DNA of 64,000 nucleotides from Raillietiella orientalis (Eukaryota): NCBI GenBank assembly GCA_036172245.1, contig JAYWIR010000066.1, positions 62,001 to 126,000 of the forward strand, read 5' to 3'. Shown piece by piece: positions 1 to 12,148 of this stretch (position 1 is its first letter; each line of letters starts with the position of its first letter). The notes under the pieces were generated by a model. It saw only the letters and a program-made list of their open reading frames with translations, ran no database searches and was not told where the DNA came from. The position numbers and the translations under genes were made by a program.

Positions 1-1490
1 CCTCGCTCATCTTGATGCTTAAGAGAGAGAGGTTCGGAATAAGCTACCCGACTTGGCGTTCGTGATCTCATGAAGTTTCGAGAATTGCGCATCTGATCTC
101 GGAATTCCGAGTCTCGCGATTGCCATGGTTACCATCTTTTTGCCGTGGAATAGGTGAACGTGAAGCGTTAAGAGGCTGCTAGCTCCTCATGATCGCATGG
201 TCCACAGTCAGTCAGGTTCATGAATTCCAAAGATTCGAAGCCGAGAAGAAGAGGAAGGATGGAATGCTCGGGCATAGGAGATGCATTCGAGAATGGGAAG
301 TGTGAAGGAAACAGAAAAACAGAGTTCGCACGTCGGTGGCAAATGCACTTTGTCGCACCTTTCTTCTTCTTCCCCCCCTTCTCCCTGATAATTCAGAGGA
401 CACACAACGAATGCGGCGATTTAAATGAGTCAACGAAATGCTCAGAGACAAAATTGAGCTTCTCAAATACGATTTTCCGAACACTTAAGCACTTCAGTGG
501 ACACTCAAAACGCATTATTCTGCTTCCACGAGCTTGTGGTACTTCACAGCACAAATGCACTCGCAGTTAATTACGAATTACTGCAGATTGTTTTTTTTTT
601 TTTGATTTGATATATATATATATATGTTTTGGGTAGCATTTTTTCCTCCGGTTCTCTCAGATATGTCTCATCGCTTAAACGATTCCTGATTCGAAATATG
701 CAAAAAGATGCTTTCATTGCAATCTTTCGTTTTATTGATCCTCCTCAAGAGTTCTCTGGCTGAAAAAAAAAAAAAAGGGAAAACTTCGGTTGCTCAGCTG
801 CGTGTTCTCAGGCACTCGGAGGCTTACCATCTCCATCGGTCGCTTTGGCATTCCTTCCGGGACGTCAAAGAATTCTCATCTTTTCCGCCCAAGTTTCAGG
901 AGGTCATTGCTATTGCTCGCAAGAGGAAAAAAAAAAAGGAGGGGATTTCAAAATGAAGAACGGACCCGAGATGGTCATCAACGACACCTGGACGCAAGAA
1001 GTGCTCCCGAACGGGAGCGAAAGTGCTCTCCTGTGGCCGGTCGGTCAGCTGCCACAGGCGAAGCAGCAAAAACATCGGGGAACAGTTCCGTACATCCTAA
1101 GAGCTGCTGCCGTGACGCAGAACGACGGATGCGGTCCGCAACTGACGTTTCCCCGCAGATGACTGAGGTCGTTTTCCAGTCGGATTACCATCGAGTGTCC
1201 GCCGGTCTTTGCTGGTCGGAGGGTGGCTCGAGTGTGGATCCTCGCCACGCGGCAGGGACGGCCGCCCTGCGCAGTCAAGTGAATGTGATGGTTTCAAACG
1301 GACTTTTGGTTTCCACAGGCGGTCTCCGGTGTCGAACACTTCCCGAATGGGGTCGAGTTCAAGTTGGATGGGACCCAACTACTGGTGATTACTACTCAAA
1401 TTAAGTGTCAGCACCGAGCAGAACACTGGCGGCGGCGGAGAACCCACTTGATCTGACCACGCATGTGTTTTTCATATTCGGGCTGAGCTC

Positions 1491-1524
<34 letters not shown>

Positions 1525-2500
1525 ACACCCACGTGCTACAGCAGTTCCTATGTATTCAGAAAATTATTAGTCGCGTCATTCAATGTTTGAAAGCAAAACA
1601 AAAAATATATCCTGCAGCTTAAAGCACGCTGAAAGGCGCGTCCACCGAGCTGTCTACTGAGTGGCAAGTGGAACCACGGAAAGATCCCGAGTGCGAGTTT
1701 GGGAGAACAAGGAAAAAAAAAAAAAAAAAAAAAAGGGACCCGTTCCAAGGAAGCCTCCCATCTTCTGAGGAAAGCTCGCTTACAGTTTCAACCGCACTTT
1801 CTCAAAGGGCGAAACGAGCCAAAAGTCTGGAAAACGAACGATCGCTCTAACGGTTTGTGAAGCCACCTCTTCCCATGCTGAGGGCCCACTTTCGACTGGG
1901 AAAATAGGTGGCAGTGAAACCCACCTCGCGGTGCAACACCCGTCTTCCAGCAGGTTGGAGTTTCTGCGATCGCTTCCGCAGAGCTCTTCGAAAATCGGAA
2001 CCAACTTCGCGCCACAGGTGGCACAAACGATAGCAGGAAACGGTCCGGCGACTTTGGCATCTCTGCGGAATGCATCCTCGCCGCTCAATCCTCGGATTTC
2101 CCCCTGGCTTTGCCCGGCTCAGCACACGGGGAAACAAACACGCCCGAATCACCTGTTACTCCTTTGGGAGAGCACAAAGAGCCCAACCTCTATCTTCCTT
2201 TCGATAATAGCGGCAAACTTGCAAGTACCCTCCTCAGAAAACGAAACACATGCATTCTCTGGGAAAACTACGTTTTGAGGTTTGCTGAGTAAGCTGTTTT
2301 CAGTAATTATTTCTTTGAGGCTTAGTACAAGCATGAAATCAAACAAGCAGGCTGTTCCCAATATCATAATGTCATGAGAAAATTTTATTCTTGTTTTCGT
2401 TGATGGAGTTCAAATTTTCAACTATAAGGAGCCATTCTGAGAAATGGCAAAGGCAGCTGATGCTATACATAAGTTAAGATCTGGAAGAGGAAAGAAACAG

Positions 2501-4450
2501 CTACCACTCAGCATCACCCCCCGCTTTCTGAAAGACGTAATCCTTTCCTTTCAGGTTCATAATGCCATCTTTTAGATGAAATTTCCATTTGTTGCGACTT
2601 CTAGTGATCTGAAGAATACAACAGTGCATTTTGTCACTAAAGAATCCTTCTTACTTTGTCATATTGAGCAACAACTACATTATCTGTATCAAACAGTTCA
2701 CTGAGGTCTTCATCACTCACATCATCTTCTGAATTGAGAGGTTCCTGCAATACAGGTGAACTTTAGCTGCAGCACAGGAACTGCATTTTCACCTCTTCTT
2801 GAATATCGTAATCATTTTCCTCTGTTTCTTTGTCTTCAGTATCTTTGTCATCATCCTCTTCCTCCTCCTCCTCTTCCTCACCATCCTCTTCTTCTGATGT
2901 GTCTGCCAAACCATCTACTTGGCTTATCGCACTGTTAGACTAACCAAGAATTGTGAGACAAATCATTACTTGTTTCTTCAAACCTAGCACTCACCTGAGC
3001 AACATTGGGCTTAGTGGCTGAGGCCAAATACTGAACCCCAGTGGCACCTGAAACATGTGCATGATGTGAATTGTATCACAACCGCCCAAATGCAACCACA
3101 ACCCAACCACCAGCACACAAATTACACAATAGTGTAGACCCTGTAGCTCTCATCACAGCAGGTATAAGGAAAGTGTAGGGCCCATGCTGTCCGAGAGGGG
3201 GAACAGATGAGGTAACAGTGAGTTGACAACCTTCAATGGAATGTGATTGTAGGTGAGGTCATGGTGTAACCCTTGTATCAGCAAGGAAACTCAAGCAACA
3301 TTACTAACCTGTGAGATCACCACGTTGAAGTGCCTGATTAATATGCTGTTGGAGTATACCAACGGCTGCCTCAGTAGGTAAGGCTAAAGCAGCTTGGACA
3401 GCAGGGGTGCTGAGAACAGCCTGCAATTGACTTGCACCACCTAAGATTTGAAACAAGTTGGGTTGCAGCCATCTTAATGTGCACTTGATATTTTGACAAA
3501 GTATCCATGCCATGCCTTGGACAACAGGACTTGCCTTGCAATATAGAAGCAGGAACTTGAATATTAATAGACTTCTGGGGACCATCAGGTACACCCTGCT
3601 GAAGGGGGATATTAATTTGCACTGTCACCATCTGGTAGGGGCTATAGAGAGTTGTAGAGCTGATGGCTCCATACCGGGTTCCTAAAAGCACATATTGTCC
3701 ATCAGCAACACAAGAAATCATGATGAGTTTTGCAATTGTTGACTTCCTTTTGCATCCAAATGGACCCTGCACTGTCGACATGAGAAATGAAATTCACCTT
3801 CTGAGACAGTCTGTGTTCGCAACACCTGTTCTGCTGGTGGGTCTGGAGGTTCCACAGCCTTACTCTGGGATAACTTTGATTCCCATAACTGTTTTAGTTC
3901 TTGAAGCACTTGATCATCAACTCCTTCATCAACAAAGCTTTCTCGAACGTTTGTTATGACATCATCAATAACACTCTGATAAAGCTTTGACTGAAATTAT
4001 AGTTCTCGAAACTATTGATAACTATTCACAGTTACAAATTCATCATGTAAGCATTATTCTGAGTCTTAAAGTTAAAAGAAAAAAAAAAAAATCTAAAAAC
4101 AAAACTGAAATTAAGGTATTTCATCTTATGGATGCTTGATTAGTTTTATTGTTTTTTTTTTTTTTTTTTTTTTTTTTTTTCTTCCTATAAATATATCGAG
4201 CTGGGGTGCAAAATTTGTTTCGAGTAAATCTGATGTAGTATGTTTGATCGTAAACGACTTTTCTTTAATATAGGGTGGAAGTTCATGAACAAAGATTCTG
4301 TTATATGGTCAAGTCAATTATAACGTAATGGAGAATATTAACTTTCTTGCTGACGTTGGCACTTGTTTACAAGTAAAGTTTCACATATGTTCCAACCAAT
4401 TAAACATTATCTGTGAAAATACTTACCACCAAAGATAAACTCTGCGACAT
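2501..4450 (-). CDS. TfIIA-L: Transcription initiation factor IIA large subunit (TFIIA alpha/beta precursor), 8 exons, about 297 aa
   Basis: Exons (minus) 4427-4450, 3798-3990, 3535-3681, 3309-3440, 2995-3047, 2793-2939, 2655-2744, 2501-2608 total 894 nt in frame. N-terminus MSQSLSLVSKLYQSVIDDVITNVRE...VLQELKQLWESKL; Taspase-type site QVDGLAD; acidic tract; C-terminus EPLNSEDDVSDED...QYDKITRSRNKWKFHLKDGIMNLKGKDYVFQKAGGDAEW*, the known TFIIA-L/GTF2A1 signature. One GC-AG intron (3441-3534). Confidence 0.95.
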
Positions 4451-4580
4451 AATTTACAGAAATTGTATCATTTATAACAGCCCATCATGCAATTGGGCTT
4501 TTGGAAGCCGCAGTTTTCGCCACATCACGTCTTATATAGTCGACTGTTTCCGCAAAATGAGAGGAGAGGTCGTTCAGCTT

Positions 4581-4590
4581 GTGACGTCAC
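4581..4590. promoter_or_regulatory. CRE/ATF-type palindrome upstream of TFIIA-L
   Basis: Perfect 10-bp palindrome GTGACGTCAC (core TGACGTCA) about 130 bp upstream of the TFIIA-L ATG, where the sequence becomes CpG-rich. Function is inferred. Confidence 0.4.
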
Positions 4591-7500
4591 AGAATAAGCA
4601 TTCACTAACGTGTTGCCCTCTTTCGTGTGATATGCTTATTTATTTTGCGACCCGACTGCCAGCCGCTCGGCTCGCACCGTGCGTATCGCTTTTCCTCCTT
4701 CCGAAGGATCCGGTACAGAAGCTATCCGGTTTCCCAGTCGACGGAGGACTGGCTGCCACGGGTAATCCAATCTTTATATAATCCGTGCTTCACGCTCTTC
4801 GGGGATTGGGGGGAAAGCTCTGTGCCTCACGCCCCGTGCGTGCGTGAAGGATTCACCGAAAGCAAGGCAGGCGAGCGGCTGGGTTCACGAGGTCGCCCCG
4901 GTTGCCGGCCTAGCGGCAGCTGACCAAGCATTGCTAACGAACGCATCTAAAAAACATGAAAGCCAACAAACCCTGGTATATCCTAGAAACGCTCTCCCCC
5001 GCCCTCCCCTCGTCCCCTCCTCCAGGAGCGACACGGAGCTTCTGCGAGAGACCTCAGAAGGTTCTCTCAGGGGTCTGCGAGACCTCGAAGATCGGGCAGC
5101 TCCTGAGAGCCCTCGCGGTCCCTTTACCACCGCAAATGAAAAGCAGCCCGTTGTTAGCGCGGGGATCGCAGCTCAGAGCCCTTCTATGGCATTCGGTTTT
5201 TTTTTTTTTTTTTTTTTTCTTTCTTTCTCCAGATTCCGATCCACTCTTTGCTTTTGCCCGTGTGCAATCCACAAAGCCTCTGACAATCCTCTATGCATTC
5301 GCCAGCTGAATCGATTAAGAGTAGTTGGCAGCTCCTGCTGCGATCCACCTATCGACCCAGGCGTCCGCTGGTCAAAGAGTAGGACGAGCTCATACTTCTC
5401 GCTTTAGGGAATGTCTTGCGGAGGATTCATCGGTTCGCCTTTACGCAGAAGACGGGGGGAACGCTTGGTGACTCGAGCGGTCATTGCTGCAGATGCTGCA
5501 ATTTTCTAGCCTGATGGGCACTGTGCTGAAAAATATCCGACAGCAAAGGGTTAACTGAGGACGAATTCGGTTCGATAAATGAATGAATAGACGGCAGGCA
5601 AAATGCAGTCGATTGCATCCCTTTCTATTTTAGAATCCCTACCCACAAGATAGCTGATGCTTCGGCGAGTGAGAGGTGGCTCCTCGAAAGCAGTCGATGG
5701 GGAGCTCGGCAGCTGGGAAGCCACGGGTCGTGGACCAGCAGACGTGCTCCGCATGGGATCCACGGACGCATACGAAACAGCCAGCGTCTTCTTCGCTGCA
5801 GTGCTACTTGTTGCACGCGGCACGGAGCGAACTGCGCAGCATCCGAAGGCCCCGCGTTCCGCTGCGAGGGCAGGGGTTGGACCCTCCGCTCAGGGAGCAC
5901 TAGAAGACCGGGCCAGTCCTCTCGCCCTCGGTCTCTCCTGGAAGAGGGGGCTCGCAGAGACCGTGTTCTCAAGCTCCGAGTAGCACGCGGGACGCTGGAG
6001 TGACCCTGGGTGGAGGAGGCGCTGGGAAAAAAAAAAAAAAAAAAACACGCTGGCCCTGCGCTCTTTCGGCTGCAGGACGAGGTCTTTTCTCACGGCGGCG
6101 GACACCAGCCATAGGAGGCGGTCGCATTCTCACCCCGGGCGACCTCACGCGCCACTCCAAGGGTAATCCCTGAGAGGCCGGCAAGCGAGATGCACCCCCC
6201 CTCCTACTAGGAAAACAAAAAGGAGGCTTCGACACAAACACGAGGATAGGAAGGGGAAGCGGCAATTAGGGATACCCAGGAAGTCACCTTTGACATCTTC
6301 AGAAAAGCACGAAGGAACGTCTGCAGATCGATGAACTTGAAAGCCCCGACAGCACATTCAGGTGCGGTCCCCCCATTTTGAGGGAAATTAAACTGAAAAT
6401 GCGCAGCACAAAAGGGATGAAGTGAAGTGAACCCCCGGGCCAATGGTGACCTTCGCTTCGTGCTGAGGCGCTCAGGAAAGTCTATTAGCGCGCGGAGATG
6501 GAGACTGTGACGCGAGGCAGCCAAGGCGCACCTGAGCGACCTCCATCCGCCCGTTGCTGACCGTCCAGCGAACGTCGGGACCCGACAGGTTCTGGACGGG
6601 GCCTCGTCCGGTTCGGTCACTCCGCACCGCGGTCTGTGGCGGTGCGGAGATTCCCCCCCACCCCACCCCACCCGGCGGAAAGATCGGAAAAAGAGGAAGA
6701 GACGATGCCTCCTCCGAGGATTCTGCGCGCACCTGCGAGGAGCTTCCGATGCAGTCAGAGCCGGCCACTCCCCAGAGGTTCCAGAATCCGCACGCTTCGC
6801 GTCCGGGGGCGGGAAAGCCCGAGCGTTGAGGCGGAATGCGGGGGGGGCCGGCGAAGGACTCGGCCCACCTGCAGCAGCGGGCGAGCGAAGGCAGCCCGGA
6901 TGGCACCATCATGCTGCCCCTCGGCGCCGGGGGGCACCTGGCCACAAGGCGGAAAGGAAGGGAGCGGCACGCAGCCGAAGAGGACTGCGGACTCCCGTGG
7001 CTCCGTCCCGAGGAGGGGCGGCCACGCGCGTGCGGGCCCCGGGAAACCCGCCGGCCCCCTCCCACCCGGCTGGAGCCGGGTGGGAAGCGGCAGGCGTTCC
7101 TTCCGGCGAGCGGAAATGGGGAGGGGGAAGGCTTTCCTCGCCCCCTCCTCCACCACCTGCTTCTGGGGAAATCCTCCGACGAAAGAGGGGGTGTCAGCGA
7201 GCGAGGCAACGCGCCCACTTTCTATGAGATGCTCGCACTCTGGGGGCTGCCCTCGAGCGAGGGCCCTTCTGGGAGCAGCAGCAGCAGCCGCGGGGGTCGG
7301 AGCGCGCGCGGAGCGGGGAGGAGTCTCGCGTCCGCACCGCCGGTCCCGCCTACCAAGACAAGTTCTCTCGGGGGTCGGACGGATCGGAATCAGCAGGTGG
7401 TCACCTAAAGAGACAGTCCACAGCTGCATTCTTCTGCCGGAAAAGAATCTCGAGCTAGAATCACCTTCCAGCATCCTTTCTTCTTTGTTGCTCGTCCACA

Positions 7501-8391
7501 GCACCTTCCCACGCTTCGACGCTCGTCCAGAAACAATCTCTCACCCTTTGCCGTACATTCGCAGCATCCCTTCTTATTTGCCACCCGTCCACAGAACTCT
7601 CCCACTTTTTGCCGTGCATCCCCACTCGTTGCGCGCCCCCGCTTACTGGGTCTCGCCGCCGCGGACGGTCCACTCCCTCCCTTCGTTCGTTGTCCGCCCT
7701 TGCTGTCCGCTGTGATCGAGTCCGCTCTTGGGACACCTCCCTCCCTCCCGGGGGGATGGACGCCGAGGTCCGGCTTGGGATTTGGGCTTCCAGCCTGCCC
7801 CTTGTGCCCCCCCCCCCCTCTCTCTCCCGTCTCCGACGTAGGAGGTGTTGCAGGTCTCGCTAGGCGCCTCTAGCATCGCCCGCCAGGGGCGCTGCCTGCA
7901 AGATGGCGGGTGGCCGGAGCTGCGCAGAGAGGGCTTCCCCCCTCCCCTCCCTCTTCCTGCTCTTCCCTCCCTCGCCGGAAATCCCGATCTCCCGGGATTC
8001 CGGCACAGTGCAGGAGGGAGGCGCAGGTGGCGGGCGGTGAAGCGGCGGCGGCCCGCCTCCCTCTCGGCCACGGGGCCGGCCCGCCTCCCGTCGCCACTCC
8101 GAAGCGCCTCCGGCTGGGCGGCGGCGGTGGGGAGGGGGAGAGGACGGATGCATCCAATTGCGCCGCCGCCCGCGCGCCTTTGTTGCGGGGAGGCCTCGAC
8201 AGCGGCGGCTAAGCGCGCCAGAGGTGAACCGCGGGACGACGCACTCAGGGAGGTTAAAGCGGGGGCGCAGGGGTCGCCGGGTCGCAGACCGCGTTCGCGC
8301 GCAACCCGTGCAAGAAGTGTCCGCTCCATGTGTTGCAACGCCGCCGCTCCGAGGAGCTGCTGACCTTCCTCGTCTCCCCTCCCATGCCGGG

Positions 8392-9835
8392 ATGAACCCG
8401 TTGATCTACCTGGTAAGGAGCTCTACCCCGCGCTCACCCCCCTCCTATGCGACCTCCCCCTCCCCTCTCCCTCCATCCGGAAGGGGAATTTTTCTTCTAC
8501 CTCTTGTGTGTGCAGCTTGTCGGTGCGCTACCCCTCCTGAGGGCGCTGCCCGACGACCTCGAGGCCGACCGGAGGCAGCAGCAGAAGAGGAGCGCGGACT
8601 TCCTGCCGTTCCGGATGTCGGAGCAGGTGAAGAGAGTGCTGCAGGAGCTCAAGAACCAGGCCGTCAGGTTGCGGGAGGGCGGAGCCAACCCGGTCGAAGA
8701 GCCGCAAGCGGCCGAAGTCCTGGAGAGCGGGAGCCGGGAGCGGATCCCGGGCGCGGATGAGGAAGCTCCAGAGGCCAGCGGAGGAGTTCGAGGGGATGCC
8801 CCGGGAAACTCTCCAAGTCCCTCCGCCGCCCCCCAGGAGGAGGAGGAGGAGGGGAAGCTGCGGAACGCCACCGCCCTTGAAGACTCCAGCGACACCCCGG
8901 ACTCCGAGGTCGTCCTCGAGGTGGCAGGGGCGAAGAGCTCCGGCGAGGCTGCTGCTGCCCTCCCTCCTCCGGAGGAGGAGAGCGAGGAAAAAGGGGTAGA
9001 CCCCATGTCTCACGACAAGCTCATAGAGGAGGCCGCCTCCGAGATCTCCAAATCACTCTCGGGGGAGGGCGCCACCGAAGGAAACGGGTCGAAGGACTGT
9101 GGCGACGACGCCCCGGAAGGGAAGAAGGTGCATGGGGATGCGCCATCGCAGGATGCGGCCGGGAACGTCTCCAGGATCGGGGCCTACGACAGCGAGAGTC
9201 GCGGTCCGGTGGCCCACGAGGGCAGGACGCAGGGGACGTCTTCCCGGGAGCAGTCGCCCGCGAAGCTGGAAAAGGCATCCCTGTTCAACAGGGACCTCGG
9301 CCTACCGCAAGTCCAGGGGCGCCAGAGCGTCGAGACGGTCGTGGAGGACCTGCTCTCCCTGCTGGCGGAGGAGATGCCGCAGATGCTCCCCCACAGCGCA
9401 GAGGAACACAGGAGGAGTGCGAACCTCGGCACGGCATCCTCGTCCCTCAAGAGGAAGCTGGAAAACGCGGTGCAGATCAAGAAGAATTTCCTAAGGGGAC
9501 TCAGAATCAATCAGAAGTCGCCCCTGAACCTCCTCGTCAACGGGGCGTCGTCCCAGAAGAACCTGTTCAACGTCTTCGCCAACGCCTACGCGGGCAAGAA
9601 GAGCGTCAAGAAGAAGGCGACCAACAAGGTCCTGGTCTCCAAGTCCAGCGAGAAAAAGATGCTCACCAAGCTTCTGAAGACTGTTGTCAAGAAGGTGAAG
9701 AAGCCCCAGGCCTTGATACTCAAGGGCACGAAGGAGCTGCTGGAGAAGAAGCTCGCGAAACGCGTGGTCTCCAAGAAGAAGAATCTTCTGCAGGTCCCCA
9801 TGTTCAAGATCAACAAGGTAAACAGCGTTTTGTAG
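8392..9835 (+). CDS. Uncharacterised secreted precursor protein, about 446 aa (acidic N-half, Lys-rich basic C-half), 2 exons
   Basis: Exon 1 8392-8412 (MNPLIYL, donor GTAAGG) joins exon 2 8516-9835 (pyrimidine-rich acceptor ...TGCAG) in frame, giving a signal-peptide-like MNPLIYLLVGALPLLRA. Strong GC3 codon bias through 440 codons; AATAAA at 9870-9875. Confidence 0.75.
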
Positions 9836-9869
9836 CGTCTTCGAGGGGAGAGGGTTAGCTGTGGTGGGC

Positions 9870-9875
9870 AATAAA
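9870..9875 (+). terminator. Putative polyadenylation signal of the 8392-9835 gene
   Basis: AATAAA 35 nt after the TAG stop, in GC-rich context. Confidence 0.45.
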
Positions 9876-11249
9876 GGGTGCTCGGCTCCGGGATCCGAAG
9901 CCGACGCGTTCGCCGCTGGTTCCGTGTACAGTACAGTACTGCCTTTGAAGCGCGTATGGTTCAGGTGCGTCTCCAAACTAGATAGTGAACGTCAACCTTC
10001 ACGCCACGGCCACCCCAGTGTGAGAACCTTCGCGCGAGAGGAGCCATCGAGGAGCCGGCGGAGGACGCGTTCGCGGGACGAGGCGGAGCGCCGTGCCAGC
10101 AGGAGCGGAGAGAATCGGAATAAACAGCGGGCTGCCAGTGGAGTACGTGCGAGCGGTGAGGCGCCTCAGAGGGAAGGAAGGAAGGCGGGGTTCTTCCACC
10201 CTCCGCCGCGAGGAACGGGGAGGGGTGAGACAATGGTTTTCCCCTCCTAACTCCAGAACCACCAGCTCGTCCGCGCAAGCAATAGGATCCGGCTCCGCCA
10301 CGCTTTCCCGGAAACGCGCGCGCACCCCTTTTGTCTTCCCGGGAACCCGCCCCGCGCTGCTCCCGGTTCGGCGAGAAGGCTGCCAAGGAAGCAAGCGCAG
10401 TCGCGGGACGGTTGGACCCGTCCTCCTCGGGCCAACCGAGCGGACGAGCATCCGCTGGTGCGGAGGAGGTGTCGGTTCCGCCCGCTCCGGCCCCGCTTGC
10501 GGTTCTCCACGCAGAGGCGGTCTTTCCCCAGAAGGCGGACGCAGTCCAGGAGTAACACTACGGCGCGCGCGCCGCTTCCGCCGCGGACTGCGGTCGAGGC
10601 GCGGACGGCGTGACCTTGCGCATCACGAGCGAGCCGCTCGTTCCAGCTCGGTCACGCCGGTGCGCTTTCCTTAAAGACAAATGAACTCAGCTCCCAGAGA
10701 GAAGTTCACGGGGAGGGTTCACCGACACGCAGGTCGGTTACTGGAGCAGTCCAGGGTGGTAGGGGAGGAGACAACAAAGAAAGGGTGAGGGAGCGGGGAT
10801 GTGAAAGGCATCTTTGGTTGTAGCCTTTCTTCTTTGCTAAGTGCAGGGGTGGAATGCTGACGAGGTGAGGGCGCCTCGCAGCTGCCCTTACGTAGGCAAC
10901 TGCCATGAGGGTGGCGCCTCCCTCCTCTGTGCCAGCCGAGACGCCAGCTCGTGGCGATGATGGCGGCGCGGATGCAACCGCCCATCGTCGCGAGAGCTGC
11001 GCCAGTCGAGAGTCCGCCGCCCTCGAAGAATCTCCGCAGCAGGTCCTTGGCAGTGTCCTCCTGGTGCGGGAGCGATTCGATCGCCCCGTGTCCGAGGCAG
11101 TTCGCAGATGCGGCCCCCCGCGAAACGGGGCGTCGGCGCTCGCTGGTCGCACTGCACAGGACCCGGTTCAGGGACAGCAGGACATCCAGCTGCTTCCACG
11201 TCAGGGGCAACGCCAACGTCTCCACGCACGCAGGGCAGGGGACCACAAC

Positions 11250-11640
11250 TTCTTCTGGGGACGCATTCGGCAGTCCTTGCCACCGAAAGAGTCCCTTCGC
11301 CCGTCAAACGAGGAGTGGCGGCGTTCACAAACTCGCCCGTCTTGCAGCCGTCTAGGAATTTCGTCTCCCCTCCCCGCAGTGATGCAAAGGAAACTCCCAC
11401 CACGCCCTCTGGTGGGCGACCGTCGCTGCTTGCCCTGAAGGCAGACAGTGCCGCGGCAAGGGGCGTGGCGGCCAGGCGGGCCCGCTTCTCGCAGTCGTGC
11501 AGGGCCTGTCCAGGCGGAAGGACGAGAGGAAGACGCAGGGACCGAAGTTCGTCCGGGAGAATTCCCGAAGTGAAAGCCTGGGTCACAACCTCATCCTGTC
11601 CCCGGTCATTCGAGTTCAGTGGGGCGATTGAATGAGTTGA
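11250..11640 (-). mobile_element. Possible decayed Ty3/gypsy gag-protease fragment
   Basis: DEVVTQAFTSGILPDELR...QALHDCEKRARLA resembles a gypsy capsid C-terminus; SLRGGETKFLDG resembles a degenerate aspartic protease (FLxDTG) motif. Weak, by eye only. Confidence 0.25.
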
Positions 11641-12103
11641 CTCCGCGGGGAGCCAAATCCGTAGCGGCAGCAGCGGTAGAAGTCCTTCGCTGCCGGCTCT
11701 GCGCCGAAGGGTGGAGGCCCCACGGGGCAGCCCGTAATTGGGCACTGAGCGCCAGGAAGTGGGCCTGCAACCCTAGTTTTCCCAGCTCCGGGATGCCGAA
11801 GCCGTCATCCTGATGCCGAATCCTTGAGAGGGGTCCGGGAGGAGATTGCAGTGCCCCACGGGACTCTCCTCAGGAGACGCTGTTCCCGGTCCTCTGTCGA
11901 ATGCGGGGGGGATTGTCAAAAGAAAGAAAAAATGAGGGGCGAAGGAACGGGTTCAGGAAAGAGTTCCAGTTGGTGGCTCGTTCCAACAAGACGGAAAGCA
12001 AGCCATCGAGGAAGAGGCCAGTGTCCTCGGCCTTTTGAAGGCAGCCGTTCCGACCACTCTTCCGCCATAAGGAAATCGCCCAACGGCACTCCGTCGTGAG
12101 CAC

Positions 12104-12148
12104 TCCGGAAGCTGACGACCACCCTTCCGGAAGCTGACGACCACCCTT
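12104..12148 (+). repeat. Short tandem duplication (2 x about 22 bp TCCGGAAGCTGACGACCACCCT)
   Basis: Two adjacent identical copies, read directly. Confidence 0.8.

Noticed and set aside
790..1404. 204-aa ORF as a gene
   Set aside because: Non-ATG start, runs through a poly-A tract, and shows no similarity I recognise.
5541..5554. CAGCAAAGGG-TTAA as a second piggyBac end
   Set aside because: No partner TTAA-CCCTTTGCTG end was found in the window.
5600..8340. Overlapping 150-360 aa ORFs on both strands
   Set aside because: Very high GC makes long ORFs expected. I found no recognisable domain or consistent splice structure, though a real exon cannot be excluded.
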